Below are positions 1-6,829 of a stretch of DNA of 39,411 nt, one piece after another (the stretch's first letter is position 1; each line of letters opens with the position of its first letter). This stretch comes from a virus. Lineage: Duplodnaviria; Caudoviricetes. The stretch lies in the IMG/VR virus record IMGVR_UViG_3300033076_001167, positions 1-39,411 of that record; one strand, 5' to 3'. Below the pieces are notes generated by a model. The model made no database searches and was not told the origin of the DNA. It saw only the letters and a program-made list of their open reading frames with translations. The translations under genes were made by a program, and so were the position numbers.

Positions 1-24
1 TAGGATGTGGCGTAGGGAGGGAAC

Positions 25-456
25 GTGAGCCTCGCAGATATGGTCAGCGCGTTTCACGAGCGCTTCGGCGTGGCGACCCCGGACCGCTCCGAACCATCGC
101 TACGTATGGGCCTGAGGCTCGTATGCGAGGAGGCGTTTGAGGTCCTCGCCGCCGCGATGCCACATCGCAAAACATCGCTCCGCGCGTTTGAGGCCGAGAT
201 CCAGCGCTGGATCGCGGAGGAGACCCTGGTGCCGGACTGGCCTGCCATGGTAGACGGCATCGCCGACGCATCGTGGGTGCTCGAAGGCCTCGCGCAGCGC
301 CTCGGCATCGACATGGCTCCGGTTTATGAGCTGGTCAGCGCCGCGAACATGGCCAAAATCCCGCCGCTTGAGCCGGGTGGCAAAATCGCGAAGCCCCCCG
401 GGTGGGAGCCACCTGACATTGCGGGCGAGGTTGGGAGGCAGTGGGCCGATGTCTAA
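25..456 (+). CDS. MazG-like / PRA-PH family all-alpha NTP pyrophosphohydrolase
   Basis: Motifs FHERFG, LVCEEAFE, DGIADASWVLEG, VSAANMAK and GGKIAKPPGWEPPDI; GGAGG RBS before the GTG. Confidence 0.8.
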   Translation: MSLADMVSAFHERFGVATPDRSEPSLRMGLRLVCEEAFEVLAAAMPHRKTSLRAFEAEIQRWIAEETLVPDWPAMVDGIADASWVLEGLAQRLGIDMAPVYELVSAANMAKIPPLEPGGKIAKPPGWEPPDIAGEVGRQWADV

Positions 457-694
457 CGAAACGATACGACAGCTCAGATCCAAGGTCCCTTGGTGGGACT
501 GGTGTGAACATCCGGAAAAGCCAGGCGAAATCCTGGGCCGATACAACACGAGATGCGGGATCGTAGTGCGGGCCGAGGCTTGGGAAGATACCGTCATGGC
601 TTGGCGCGTAATTGTGTTGGGCGAAGCACGAATGCTGCACGAATGGATCGACGCTGAGCGGTATCGGCATAGTTTTGACGAGATATGTGAGTGA
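449..694 (+). CDS. Hypothetical protein (81 aa, MSNETIRQ...)
   Basis: ATG at 449 behind GGAGG overlaps the MazG 3' end; stop overlaps the next GTGA. Confidence 0.65.
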   Translation: MSNETIRQLRSKVPWWDWCEHPEKPGEILGRYNTRCGIVVRAEAWEDTVMAWRVIVLGEARMLHEWIDAERYRHSFDEICE

Positions 695-1005
695 TAGCTA
701 TGAAACTTTGGCTGCTAGAGCAAACGGTCAACAACGACTGGGACACGTACGATAAGGCCGTTGTTGCCGCGGAAACGGAGCACGACGCGCGGATGACGCA
801 CCCGAATGAGTGGGCTGCAGACTGCGGGTACGACGGGAGCCATCCAGATCTGTCTAGCCCGGAGGCATTCGATGCGTGGGTTCGGCAAGCCCCATATCGG
901 AAGCGCCCATATTCGTGGGCTTTCCCGTGGGACGTGAAGGTGACGTACATCGGCGAAACGCACCTTGGGGCCGGCGTGGTGTGCGCTTCGTTTAATGCGG
1001 GGTGA
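691..1005 (+). CDS. Phage hypothetical protein
   Basis: KLWLL...DWDTYDKAVVAAETEHDAR..HP...VVCASFNAG resembles a common small phage protein; GTGA coupling at both ends. Confidence 0.75.
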   Translation: MIAMKLWLLEQTVNNDWDTYDKAVVAAETEHDARMTHPNEWAADCGYDGSHPDLSSPEAFDAWVRQAPYRKRPYSWAFPWDVKVTYIGETHLGAGVVCASFNAG

Positions 1006-1244
1006 ACGAGATGGACCCTCTTGGCAGCTATTTCTGGCCTCCGGAGCAGGACCAAAACGCGCAGCTATTGGCGTGGTTCTATCTTGAGCATATTCGCGTG
1101 CTTCGCGGGAGCATCGCTAGCGTGGCAGACTCTTTGCGGATGTCTAGCGCTGCCATGGCGGATCCGAAGCGGATGTTGGCCATCGCCGACGCGTTGGACG
1201 GCATGGTAACCAATTCGATCCTGTCTCTTCGGGGGTATGAATGA
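1002..1244 (+). CDS. Hypothetical protein
   Basis: GTGA and ATGA overlaps at the two ends within the coupled array. Confidence 0.6.
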   Translation: MNEMDPLGSYFWPPEQDQNAQLLAWFYLEHIRVLRGSIASVADSLRMSSAAMADPKRMLAIADALDGMVTNSILSLRGYE

Positions 1245-1456
1245 CTTGGCAATTTTTCGGAGTGGTCGGGTGGCTTCTTGCTCTTTATTTCGGACTTCAG
1301 TCCTACCGATGGCGCACCGATGCCATAAGGTGGAGAAAGATGTCGGAGGAGTGGAGAGATATGTCGGGAAAGTGGCGAGTGGTGTCGGAGGGGTGGATGG
1401 TAGAGGCGGAGGGGTGGATGGTAGAGGCGCTGCGGAGCAACGGTGGGCACAAATGA
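1241..1456 (+). CDS. Small membrane-anchored protein with Trp heptad repeats
   Basis: Hydrophobic N-terminus (WQFFGVVGWLLALYFGL) followed by Trp every 7 residues six times; ATGA coupling at both ends. Confidence 0.7.
   Translation: MTWQFFGVVGWLLALYFGLQSYRWRTDAIRWRKMSEEWRDMSGKWRVVSEGWMVEAEGWMVEALRSNGGHK
1386..1429 (+). repeat. Perfect 21-bp tandem duplication (CGGAGGGGTGGATGGTAGAGG x2)
   Basis: 1386-1406 is identical to 1407-1427; adds one heptad (EGWMVEA). Confidence 0.95.
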
Positions 1457-1545
1457 CCACCATCCGAATCTACGTAGCAGCCCCCTGGGCCAAATGGCGC
1501 GAGGTTGGGAGGCAGTGGACCGAAAAATTCGAGGTAAAGCGATGA
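1453..1545 (+). pseudogene. Chimeric 30-aa mini-ORF: 5' fragment of the deoxyribosyltransferase-like gene fused to the 3' end of the MazG-like gene
   Basis: 1460-1504 is identical to 2854-2898; 1499-1518 is identical to 425-444; reads MTTIRIYVAAPWAKWREVGRQWTEKFEVKR. Confidence 0.75.
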
Positions 1546-2012
1546 GTGACGAAATGCGCCTCTGGCGAGAGCAGGGACGATCTCCGAATAGGATCTGCCC
1601 GTTTTGCGCGTCGAGAATTTCTGTTGTTGAGCGCGACGGCCGTTTTTTTGCGCGCTGCTCGCATCGTGGATGCGGGGCAAGAGGCCCTAAGCACCAAGAC
1701 ATGGTTCGCGCATGCGATCTATTTTGCTGTCCACCGCGATGGTTTCGCCGAATCTGGCAAAATGGAGGCAGACAAGCGGCTGTGGTGCCCACGGAGTTCT
1801 TCGAAGGAGAGTGGCACTTTCCAAAAGCGGACGGCCCAGAGCCATGGGCCGTCATCACATACACCCAGGAACCGTCGCCCGAGACGGGCCATGTCGGGTG
1901 GTGCTGGTGGGCGATGGGCGCAATGGGTGACGCGCCAACGTACGAGGCGGCCCGCGACGCTGCTGTTGCGGAGATACAGCGTCGCATGGACAACATAATG
2001 GAGGAGCTGTGA
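1542..2012 (+). CDS. Lar-like (restriction alleviation) zinc-finger protein with a C-terminal extension
   Basis: CPFCA...RCSHRGCGARGP matches the Lar CPFCG...CxxCGAxGP pattern; ATG 1542 behind GAGG. Confidence 0.55.
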   Translation: MSDEMRLWREQGRSPNRICPFCASRISVVERDGRFFARCSHRGCGARGPKHQDMVRACDLFCCPPRWFRRIWQNGGRQAAVVPTEFFEGEWHFPKADGPEPWAVITYTQEPSPETGHVGWCWWAMGAMGDAPTYEAARDAAVAEIQRRMDNIMEEL

Positions 2013-2281
2013 TGCCATACGTCGGGAAAAGCATGGACCGAAAGCGCAATGCGCGTCGGCGCCAGCTTAGCGGAGCTCACACCGCTGAGTCGTGGAACGC
2101 AGCGCATCCGGTCGGAACCGCCGTCCGCTACTGGCCGATCTACCCGCCGATTGATGGTGTGCCGCCTGTGGACACGAAGACTAGATCCGAAGCCTGGACG
2201 ATCGGCGACGGGTCCGTGGTCGTGCTAGTCGATGGCAAGGCCGGTGGCGTTGTACTGTCGCACGTCGAGGTGTTGCCGTGA
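2009..2281 (+). CDS. Phage hypothetical protein
   Basis: WNAAHPVGTAVRYWP...TKTRSEAW...VVLVDGKAGGVVLSHV, typical of a small beta-rich phage protein; coupled ends. Confidence 0.7.
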   Translation: MMPYVGKSMDRKRNARRRQLSGAHTAESWNAAHPVGTAVRYWPIYPPIDGVPPVDTKTRSEAWTIGDGSVVVLVDGKAGGVVLSHVEVLP

Positions 2282-2508
2282 GCCACAAGGACGGGCGCGT
2301 GGTGTTATCGGCGTGGGTTGACCCGGTGCTGCGCGATTACGTGCGCGAGGCCGCTCGCTTGTCGGGGCTGCAGTTTTCGCGGTGGGTCGAACGTGCCGTT
2401 CGGCAGACGATGGCGCGCGAGTCGGCGGATAGAGCGATGGTCGCAGCGAGAGAGCGCGGAGAATGCGGATCGTGCGGTTATGCGCCGTGTGCGTGTGACC
2501 AAACATGA
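2278..2508 (+). CDS. Ribbon-helix-helix-like DNA-binding protein with a C-terminal Cys cluster
   Basis: RVVLSAWVDPVLRDYVREAARLSGLQFSRWVERAV fits the RHH pattern; ends CGSCGYAPCAC. Confidence 0.6.
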   Translation: MSHKDGRVVLSAWVDPVLRDYVREAARLSGLQFSRWVERAVRQTMARESADRAMVAARERGECGSCGYAPCACDQT

Positions 2509-2587
2509 GAAGTGGCGAGTGGTGTCGGAGGGGTGGAGGGTAGCGGTGCTCGACGTTTTGTGGCGGTGTAATGGGGGGCACAAATGA
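2495..2587 (+). pseudogene. Truncated copy of the 3' half of the Trp-heptad gene
   Basis: 2510-2537 is identical to 1370-1397; same NGGHK-stop ending (GGGCACAAATGACCA); lacks the TM helix. Confidence 0.7.
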
Positions 2588-2844
2588 CCATGATAGACTG
2601 GAAGGCTGAAGCTGACAGACTCCGCAAGCTGTTCGACGATGCAGGCCAAGGGGGGAACAACGTGCTCGCGCTCATAGACTACTACCAGCGCAATTCAATT
2701 GAGGCAGACGAGAAGCTGCGCGCGGTCCGCGCGTTGCTCGAAGCAAACGGATGCGATTGCCCGTGCGACCACCACCCAGACGAGCGCGGCCCAGACTGCG
2801 AGGTGTGCCTTGCGTGTCTCATCGGAGAGGCGGTAGCAAAGTGA
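2584..2844 (+). CDS. Hypothetical coiled-coil protein with a Cys/His-rich C-terminus
   Basis: CDCPCDHH...CEVCLAC; ATGA and GTGA coupling. Confidence 0.7.
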   Translation: MTMIDWKAEADRLRKLFDDAGQGGNNVLALIDYYQRNSIEADEKLRAVRALLEANGCDCPCDHHPDERGPDCEVCLACLIGEAVAK

Positions 2845-3311
2845 GTTCGACCCCCATCCGAATCTACGTAGCAGCCCCCTGGGCCAAATGGCGCGAGGCG
2901 CGTGCAATGATGGACGCAATCGAAGCGGCCGGCCACATCGTGGCGCATGACTGGACCGTCGACGCGGCTAATGGCTTGCCCGGTGTGCCGACCGGAGAAG
3001 CGGCTACCAAGGCCGCCACGGACGATCTACGCGGCGTCGCATTGGCTCATGCGATGATCCTGCTCACGTTCGATGACGCCCCTGGATCTGGATGTTGGGT
3101 GGAGGTGGGTTACGCGTTGGGCCGTGGGATCCCTGTCGTCGTGGTGGGGCCGACCGATCGCAACGTTTTCGTTGCGGGTTTGACTACGGCCATCATTCCG
3201 GCGTTTGGAACCGATATGGCCGTTAGGTATGCTGCAGACGCAGGGGCGGATTACGTGCGGCTTATGTCGGCCCGTGTTGTGCTGTCGCTTGCTGGAATCC
3301 CATTACTGTGA
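2841..3311 (+). CDS. Nucleoside 2-deoxyribosyltransferase-like / DNPH1-like N-glycosidase
   Basis: IYVAAPW, HDWT, DDLRGV and GSGCWVEVGYALGRGIPVVVVG (catalytic Glu motif); GTG start at 2841. Confidence 0.8.
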   Translation: MSSTPIRIYVAAPWAKWREARAMMDAIEAAGHIVAHDWTVDAANGLPGVPTGEAATKAATDDLRGVALAHAMILLTFDDAPGSGCWVEVGYALGRGIPVVVVGPTDRNVFVAGLTTAIIPAFGTDMAVRYAADAGADYVRLMSARVVLSLAGIPLL

Positions 3312-3547
3312 ACATCCGCATGAATCCATTTGAGCGCCTGGCCATAATCGCACACATCGCATACGAGGGCGAATACCTGCAAAGCCCTGACGAATACGAT
3401 TATTGGGCCGACCTAACAGATCCGGAGCGGGAATACGTGCGCAGCGTGTTAGCGTGGCGCGGCTTGCGTGCTGTGCATGACGGCGGAACGGCCATCATCG
3501 TGGAAATGATCGATGATGCGATTCAACACACAACAATTTCAACTTAG
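3308..3547 (+). CDS. Hypothetical protein
   Basis: GTGA-coupled ORF filling the gap. Confidence 0.6.
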   Translation: MNIRMNPFERLAIIAHIAYEGEYLQSPDEYDYWADLTDPEREYVRSVLAWRGLRAVHDGGTAIIVEMIDDAIQHTTIST

Positions 3548-3557
3548 GTGAAACGCA

Positions 3558-4391
3558 ATGCGGAACGTGAGAATCAACGGAGAACCGCTAGGCGATTGTG
3601 ACGACGCTCCCGTTCCGGCTGCCACAAGCGACATCAAACGAACGCCGCCGCAATGGGACAAATACGACCCAAGGCCTTGGCTCAATGCTGCAAGATTGCG
3701 CGAATTTGAGGCAATAGAAGCGAAGCAACAGCGCACGCTGTCGATCGTCGATGTCAAGGCGCTATTTGCCCCAATGGCTGCCCGTTACAGCCCCGTAGAA
3801 GTCGCCATATTCGGCGCGCTGGCGCTCATCTACTGGGGTCATGATGTCGAGCTGAAACGCTCATACGACCGGCAAAGCGAGGCGCCATTCGCTACCTACG
3901 TCGATGCTCTCCGCTACCTGCTGACGTCTCCTGAGCAGTCTCTTGGCCTAGGCTCCATGCGGTTCGAGGTCGCAGAAGACAAGGATGAAGACCTTGCCGC
4001 TAGGCGCACCGCACAGCGCAACGGAATCGAGCACATCAAGGCCAAGGGTTCGCACGTGCGGGTGGCCGGCTGCCGTGGAGAGCATGCGTTGACGCTGCGC
4101 CATGACCTGTTGCGCGCCATTGCTGCCGCCTGCGACCCGTTCACGGCGTTTTCGCTGATGCGCAGGGATGTGGGCGAGTGGGTGGCGCAAGGCCCTGGAT
4201 ACGTGCTTTCTGCGCCGGTAAAGCTGCGCGTCGTTGCGGCTGACATGGGGTGTGATGAAAGCGCTGCGAGGGAGACGCTGCGGAAGGCACGTGGCAGCCT
4301 GCAAGACGTGCTTTTATCGCGTGGTCTCATCAGACAGCAGCGGACAAGGGGAGGCCCTATGACATCAAGGCGAAGGCGGATTGGTGTATGA
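3558..4391 (+). CDS. Putative transcription regulator with a C-terminal sigma-region-4-like HTH
   Basis: LRVVAADMGCDESAARETLRKARGSL near the C-terminus; lies shortly before the late operon. Confidence 0.45.
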   Translation: MRNVRINGEPLGDCDDAPVPAATSDIKRTPPQWDKYDPRPWLNAARLREFEAIEAKQQRTLSIVDVKALFAPMAARYSPVEVAIFGALALIYWGHDVELKRSYDRQSEAPFATYVDALRYLLTSPEQSLGLGSMRFEVAEDKDEDLAARRTAQRNGIEHIKAKGSHVRVAGCRGEHALTLRHDLLRAIAAACDPFTAFSLMRRDVGEWVAQGPGYVLSAPVKLRVVAADMGCDESAARETLRKARGSLQDVLLSRGLIRQQRTRGGPMTSRRRRIGV

Positions 4392-4636
4392 CTGCGACAA
4401 CGGATGGCGTTCCGTTCGGGCTCAAGGCGATCGGCATGTTTCGAGGAGACGAGGCACAGTGTCCGATGTGCATGACATGGCGCAAGGCAGAGAACTACGC
4501 CCAAGCTCTCGAGCGTGGGCTGTGTATACGTTGCGTGTGCGGGCACCAATGGTTCCCGGTCAACGATGCGTGCGGGCCGCTGTGCCGATGGGACACTGGG
4601 CACCGTTGCATCAACTCACTGGCATACGGGGCCTAG
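4388..4636 (+). CDS. Small zinc-finger protein
   Basis: CPMC...CIRCVCGHQW plus further Cys residues. Confidence 0.6.
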   Translation: MTATTDGVPFGLKAIGMFRGDEAQCPMCMTWRKAENYAQALERGLCIRCVCGHQWFPVNDACGPLCRWDTGHRCINSLAYGA

Positions 4637-4885
4637 ATGGACTGGCATGACAAAGACTTGGTGTGGACGTGGCATGGTATCGCCGATGCCATGAAGGTTG
4701 GCGAGCGCTCTGCCAGGCGTTGGGCCATGCGCAATTTTGACCCGCTGCCTGTCTACATGCATCAGACGCGCGGCGTGTTCGCATCTCGAGCGGCGCTACT
4801 CGAGTGGGACAAGCGCAGGGCATTGCCGTTCTCGATGGCGATCGCGTCGCGGCGAATTCCGTATAGTCGTCATCCAATTGGATGA
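4637..4885 (+). CDS. Excisionase/MerR-like winged HTH protein
   Basis: WHGIADAMKVGERSARRW...PLPV...VFASRAALLEW. Confidence 0.6.
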   Translation: MDWHDKDLVWTWHGIADAMKVGERSARRWAMRNFDPLPVYMHQTRGVFASRAALLEWDKRRALPFSMAIASRRIPYSRHPIG

Positions 4886-5024
4886 AATGCGTCAGGCCTA
4901 TGCGCTTTAGGCATTGCGTAATGGGTCCGTGAAGCAAGAAACACATGGCGGAGATACTGCGAGCAACATCAAGCGAAAGTGTGGCGCACGTAAGGCCGCC
5001 ACATCGCAGTAAATAACGTCAAAG

Positions 5025-5033
5025 TGCTATACT
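5025..5033 (+). promoter_or_regulatory. Candidate extended -10 promoter (TGcTATACT) for the late operon
   Basis: TGnTATACT in the only long intergenic gap, about 80 nt upstream of terS; no good -35. Confidence 0.45.
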
Positions 5034-5114
5034 TGGCGCGACACATTGGCCTGTTGCGACCGCGTAAGGCATGCCAACCTTATGCGCGAGCAAAGGTGCG
5101 CTCATCGGGCGGCA

Positions 5115-5516
5115 ATGGGTAATTCGGCAAAGCGCGACCAGCGGAAGATTGCGACGGAAGAGCAAGCGCGGCAGGCGCTAGAGCTACGCAAGGCTGGCGC
5201 ATCATATGACAAGATTGCGCAGGCGCTTGGGTTCGCAGACCGCAGCGGCGCATATTACTGCGTCAAAAACGCAATCAAGCAAATCTCGAAAGAGCCAGCG
5301 CAGGATGTGTTGGCGCTGGAGCTCGAACGGCTTGATGCGATGCAGATGTCTTATTGGCAAAAGTCTCGGGTTGACCCGAAGGCTGCTGCGCTTGTGCTTC
5401 AAATCATGGATCGACGGGCCCGGTACCTTGGTCTCATCAAGGACAAGCTGGAGACGTTGCAAGCTGCCGAGCACAAGGTTGAGATTGTGTTGACGGAGAA
5501 AAAGGCCGGCGAGTGA
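5115..5516 (+). CDS. terS: Terminase small subunit (HTH-containing)
   Basis: ALELRKAGASYDKIAQALG HTH, then ELERLDAM...VLQIMDRRARYLGL; directly upstream of and coupled to terL; ATG 5115 preferred as start. Confidence 0.75.
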   Translation: MGNSAKRDQRKIATEEQARQALELRKAGASYDKIAQALGFADRSGAYYCVKNAIKQISKEPAQDVLALELERLDAMQMSYWQKSRVDPKAAALVLQIMDRRARYLGLIKDKLETLQAAEHKVEIVLTEKKAGE

Positions 5517-6829
5517 GGGTCTCTCTCTCTGCGCCGCAAAGCGCAGCGTTCCGCCATCTCGAGAACAACATGACGATCGTGCTCCCTTGGGGACGCGGCG
5601 TTGGCAAGAGCTGGTTCTTTCGGTTCCTGTGTTGGGTGGCTGTGGCTCGTTGGGATGGCAAGCATCGCCCAGGCGCTCCCATGAAGGGCGTTCGTGTCTT
5701 GTTCTTAATGCCCACGCTCATGCAGGCCAAGCGCGTGCATCGAGCGCTCATGCTTGATGAGCTAAGCGGGCCATGGGATTTCCTTGGCGGCAAGGTCAAC
5801 AAATCGGATTGGCGGGTTGATTTCCCGGGCGGGTCCTGGGTGCAATTCGTCAGCGCCGAAAACGCAATTGCCGGCAAGGGGTTGCGTTGTGATTTGATTA
5901 TCGTTGACGAATGCGACGGCATCGACGATGACCTTTATGACTCGATGGCGGTTCCGTGGCACTCTGAGCCGCATAGCTTGAAGCAAACGCTCTTAGGCGG
6001 CACACCGGAGCGCGGGCGTTATGGCTTGCTTGCGCGGCAGTTTCAGCGCTGCAAGGACAACGCCCCGTTCCATTTCGGCATTCACGCGACATACAAAGAC
6101 GTCCCAGATTACGTCGACAATGCCAAGGTGGAGCGCGACAAGCAGTTGATGGACCCTGCGTTGTTCGCTCGAGAGTGGGGATGCGATTTCGACTCTGCCG
6201 AAGGTCTCGTATACCCAATGTTTGACCAGCGCATACACGTGCGCGAGTGGGACAACCTAACGCCGTTCTCCGCAATCCTTGTCGGTGTGGACCATGGGTA
6301 CTACGACCCGGGTGTGTTCGTTGTCATTGGTGTCATGGGCAGCGGAGATGATGCGCGCGTGCATGTGTTGGAAGAGCACTATTACACGCAGCGCACTGAA
6401 GACTTCTGGATCGGCATGGCAAAGGAAGTGCTAGGCAGGTATTCGCGAGCGCACCCACGCGTTCCGATGCTCTGGTACCCCGACCCTTCGCAGCCTGCGC
6501 GGATCCAACAATACAAGGCAGCAGGGTGCAGGGTTGCCGATGTTGATAACAGCATTGAAGACGGCATCAGCAGCGTTGCGAAGATGGTTGCTGTGCGAGA
6601 ACGCGAGAGTGGCGAGCGCTGGTCTAGGCTGTCAGTGACTGACAAGGCGAAGAACACGATCGCCGAGTTCTCAAAGTACAAGCGCAAGCGCGTTGCCAAT
6701 ACGAACGAAATTAAGGACCAAGCAGAAGACAAGAACAACCACGCGATGGATGCCCTGCGCTACGCTCTGCACAACTATTTTAGCCGTCCGGCTATTCGTC
6801 GCGACGTTAGGCACTTGCCGGCAGCATGA
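5513..6829 (+). CDS. terL: Terminase large subunit
   Basis: Walker A GRGVGKS, Walker B LIIVDE, GGTP coupling motif, nuclease motifs GVDHG, DPS and NHAMDALRY. Confidence 0.95.
   Translation: MRVSLSAPQSAAFRHLENNMTIVLPWGRGVGKSWFFRFLCWVAVARWDGKHRPGAPMKGVRVLFLMPTLMQAKRVHRALMLDELSGPWDFLGGKVNKSDWRVDFPGGSWVQFVSAENAIAGKGLRCDLIIVDECDGIDDDLYDSMAVPWHSEPHSLKQTLLGGTPERGRYGLLARQFQRCKDNAPFHFGIHATYKDVPDYVDNAKVERDKQLMDPALFAREWGCDFDSAEGLVYPMFDQRIHVREWDNLTPFSAILVGVDHGYYDPGVFVVIGVMGSGDDARVHVLEEHYYTQRTEDFWIGMAKEVLGRYSRAHPRVPMLWYPDPSQPARIQQYKAAGCRVADVDNSIEDGISSVAKMVAVRERESGERWSRLSVTDKAKNTIAEFSKYKRKRVANTNEIKDQAEDKNNHAMDALRYALHNYFSRPAIRRDVRHLPAA

Noticed and set aside
2-14. 13-bp match AGGATGTGGCGTA with 10471-10483
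   Set aside because: Short enough to occur by chance in 39 kb; no matching context
25-456. Z-genome (2-aminoadenine) pathway suggested by the MazG-like gene
   Set aside because: No purZ, datZ or polymerase gene in the window
1237-1545. 102-aa ORF with GGVDGR repeats
   Set aside because: Off-frame reading of the Trp-heptad gene; only the part from ATG 1453 fits the coupling pattern
1079-2107. 342-aa minus-strand ORF and other long antisense ORFs (e.g. 14008-14814, 35285-36136)
   Set aside because: Shadows of well-supported + strand genes in GC-rich DNA; no motifs or RBS
1370-2898. Dispersed 20-45 bp repeats as a CRISPR array or att sites
   Set aside because: Different sequences, two copies each, irregular spacing, inside coding sequence; no cas or integrase gene
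4955-5011. Hammerhead ribozyme (stems plus CGAAA)
   Set aside because: The CUGANGA core is absent; kept only as an unassigned structure
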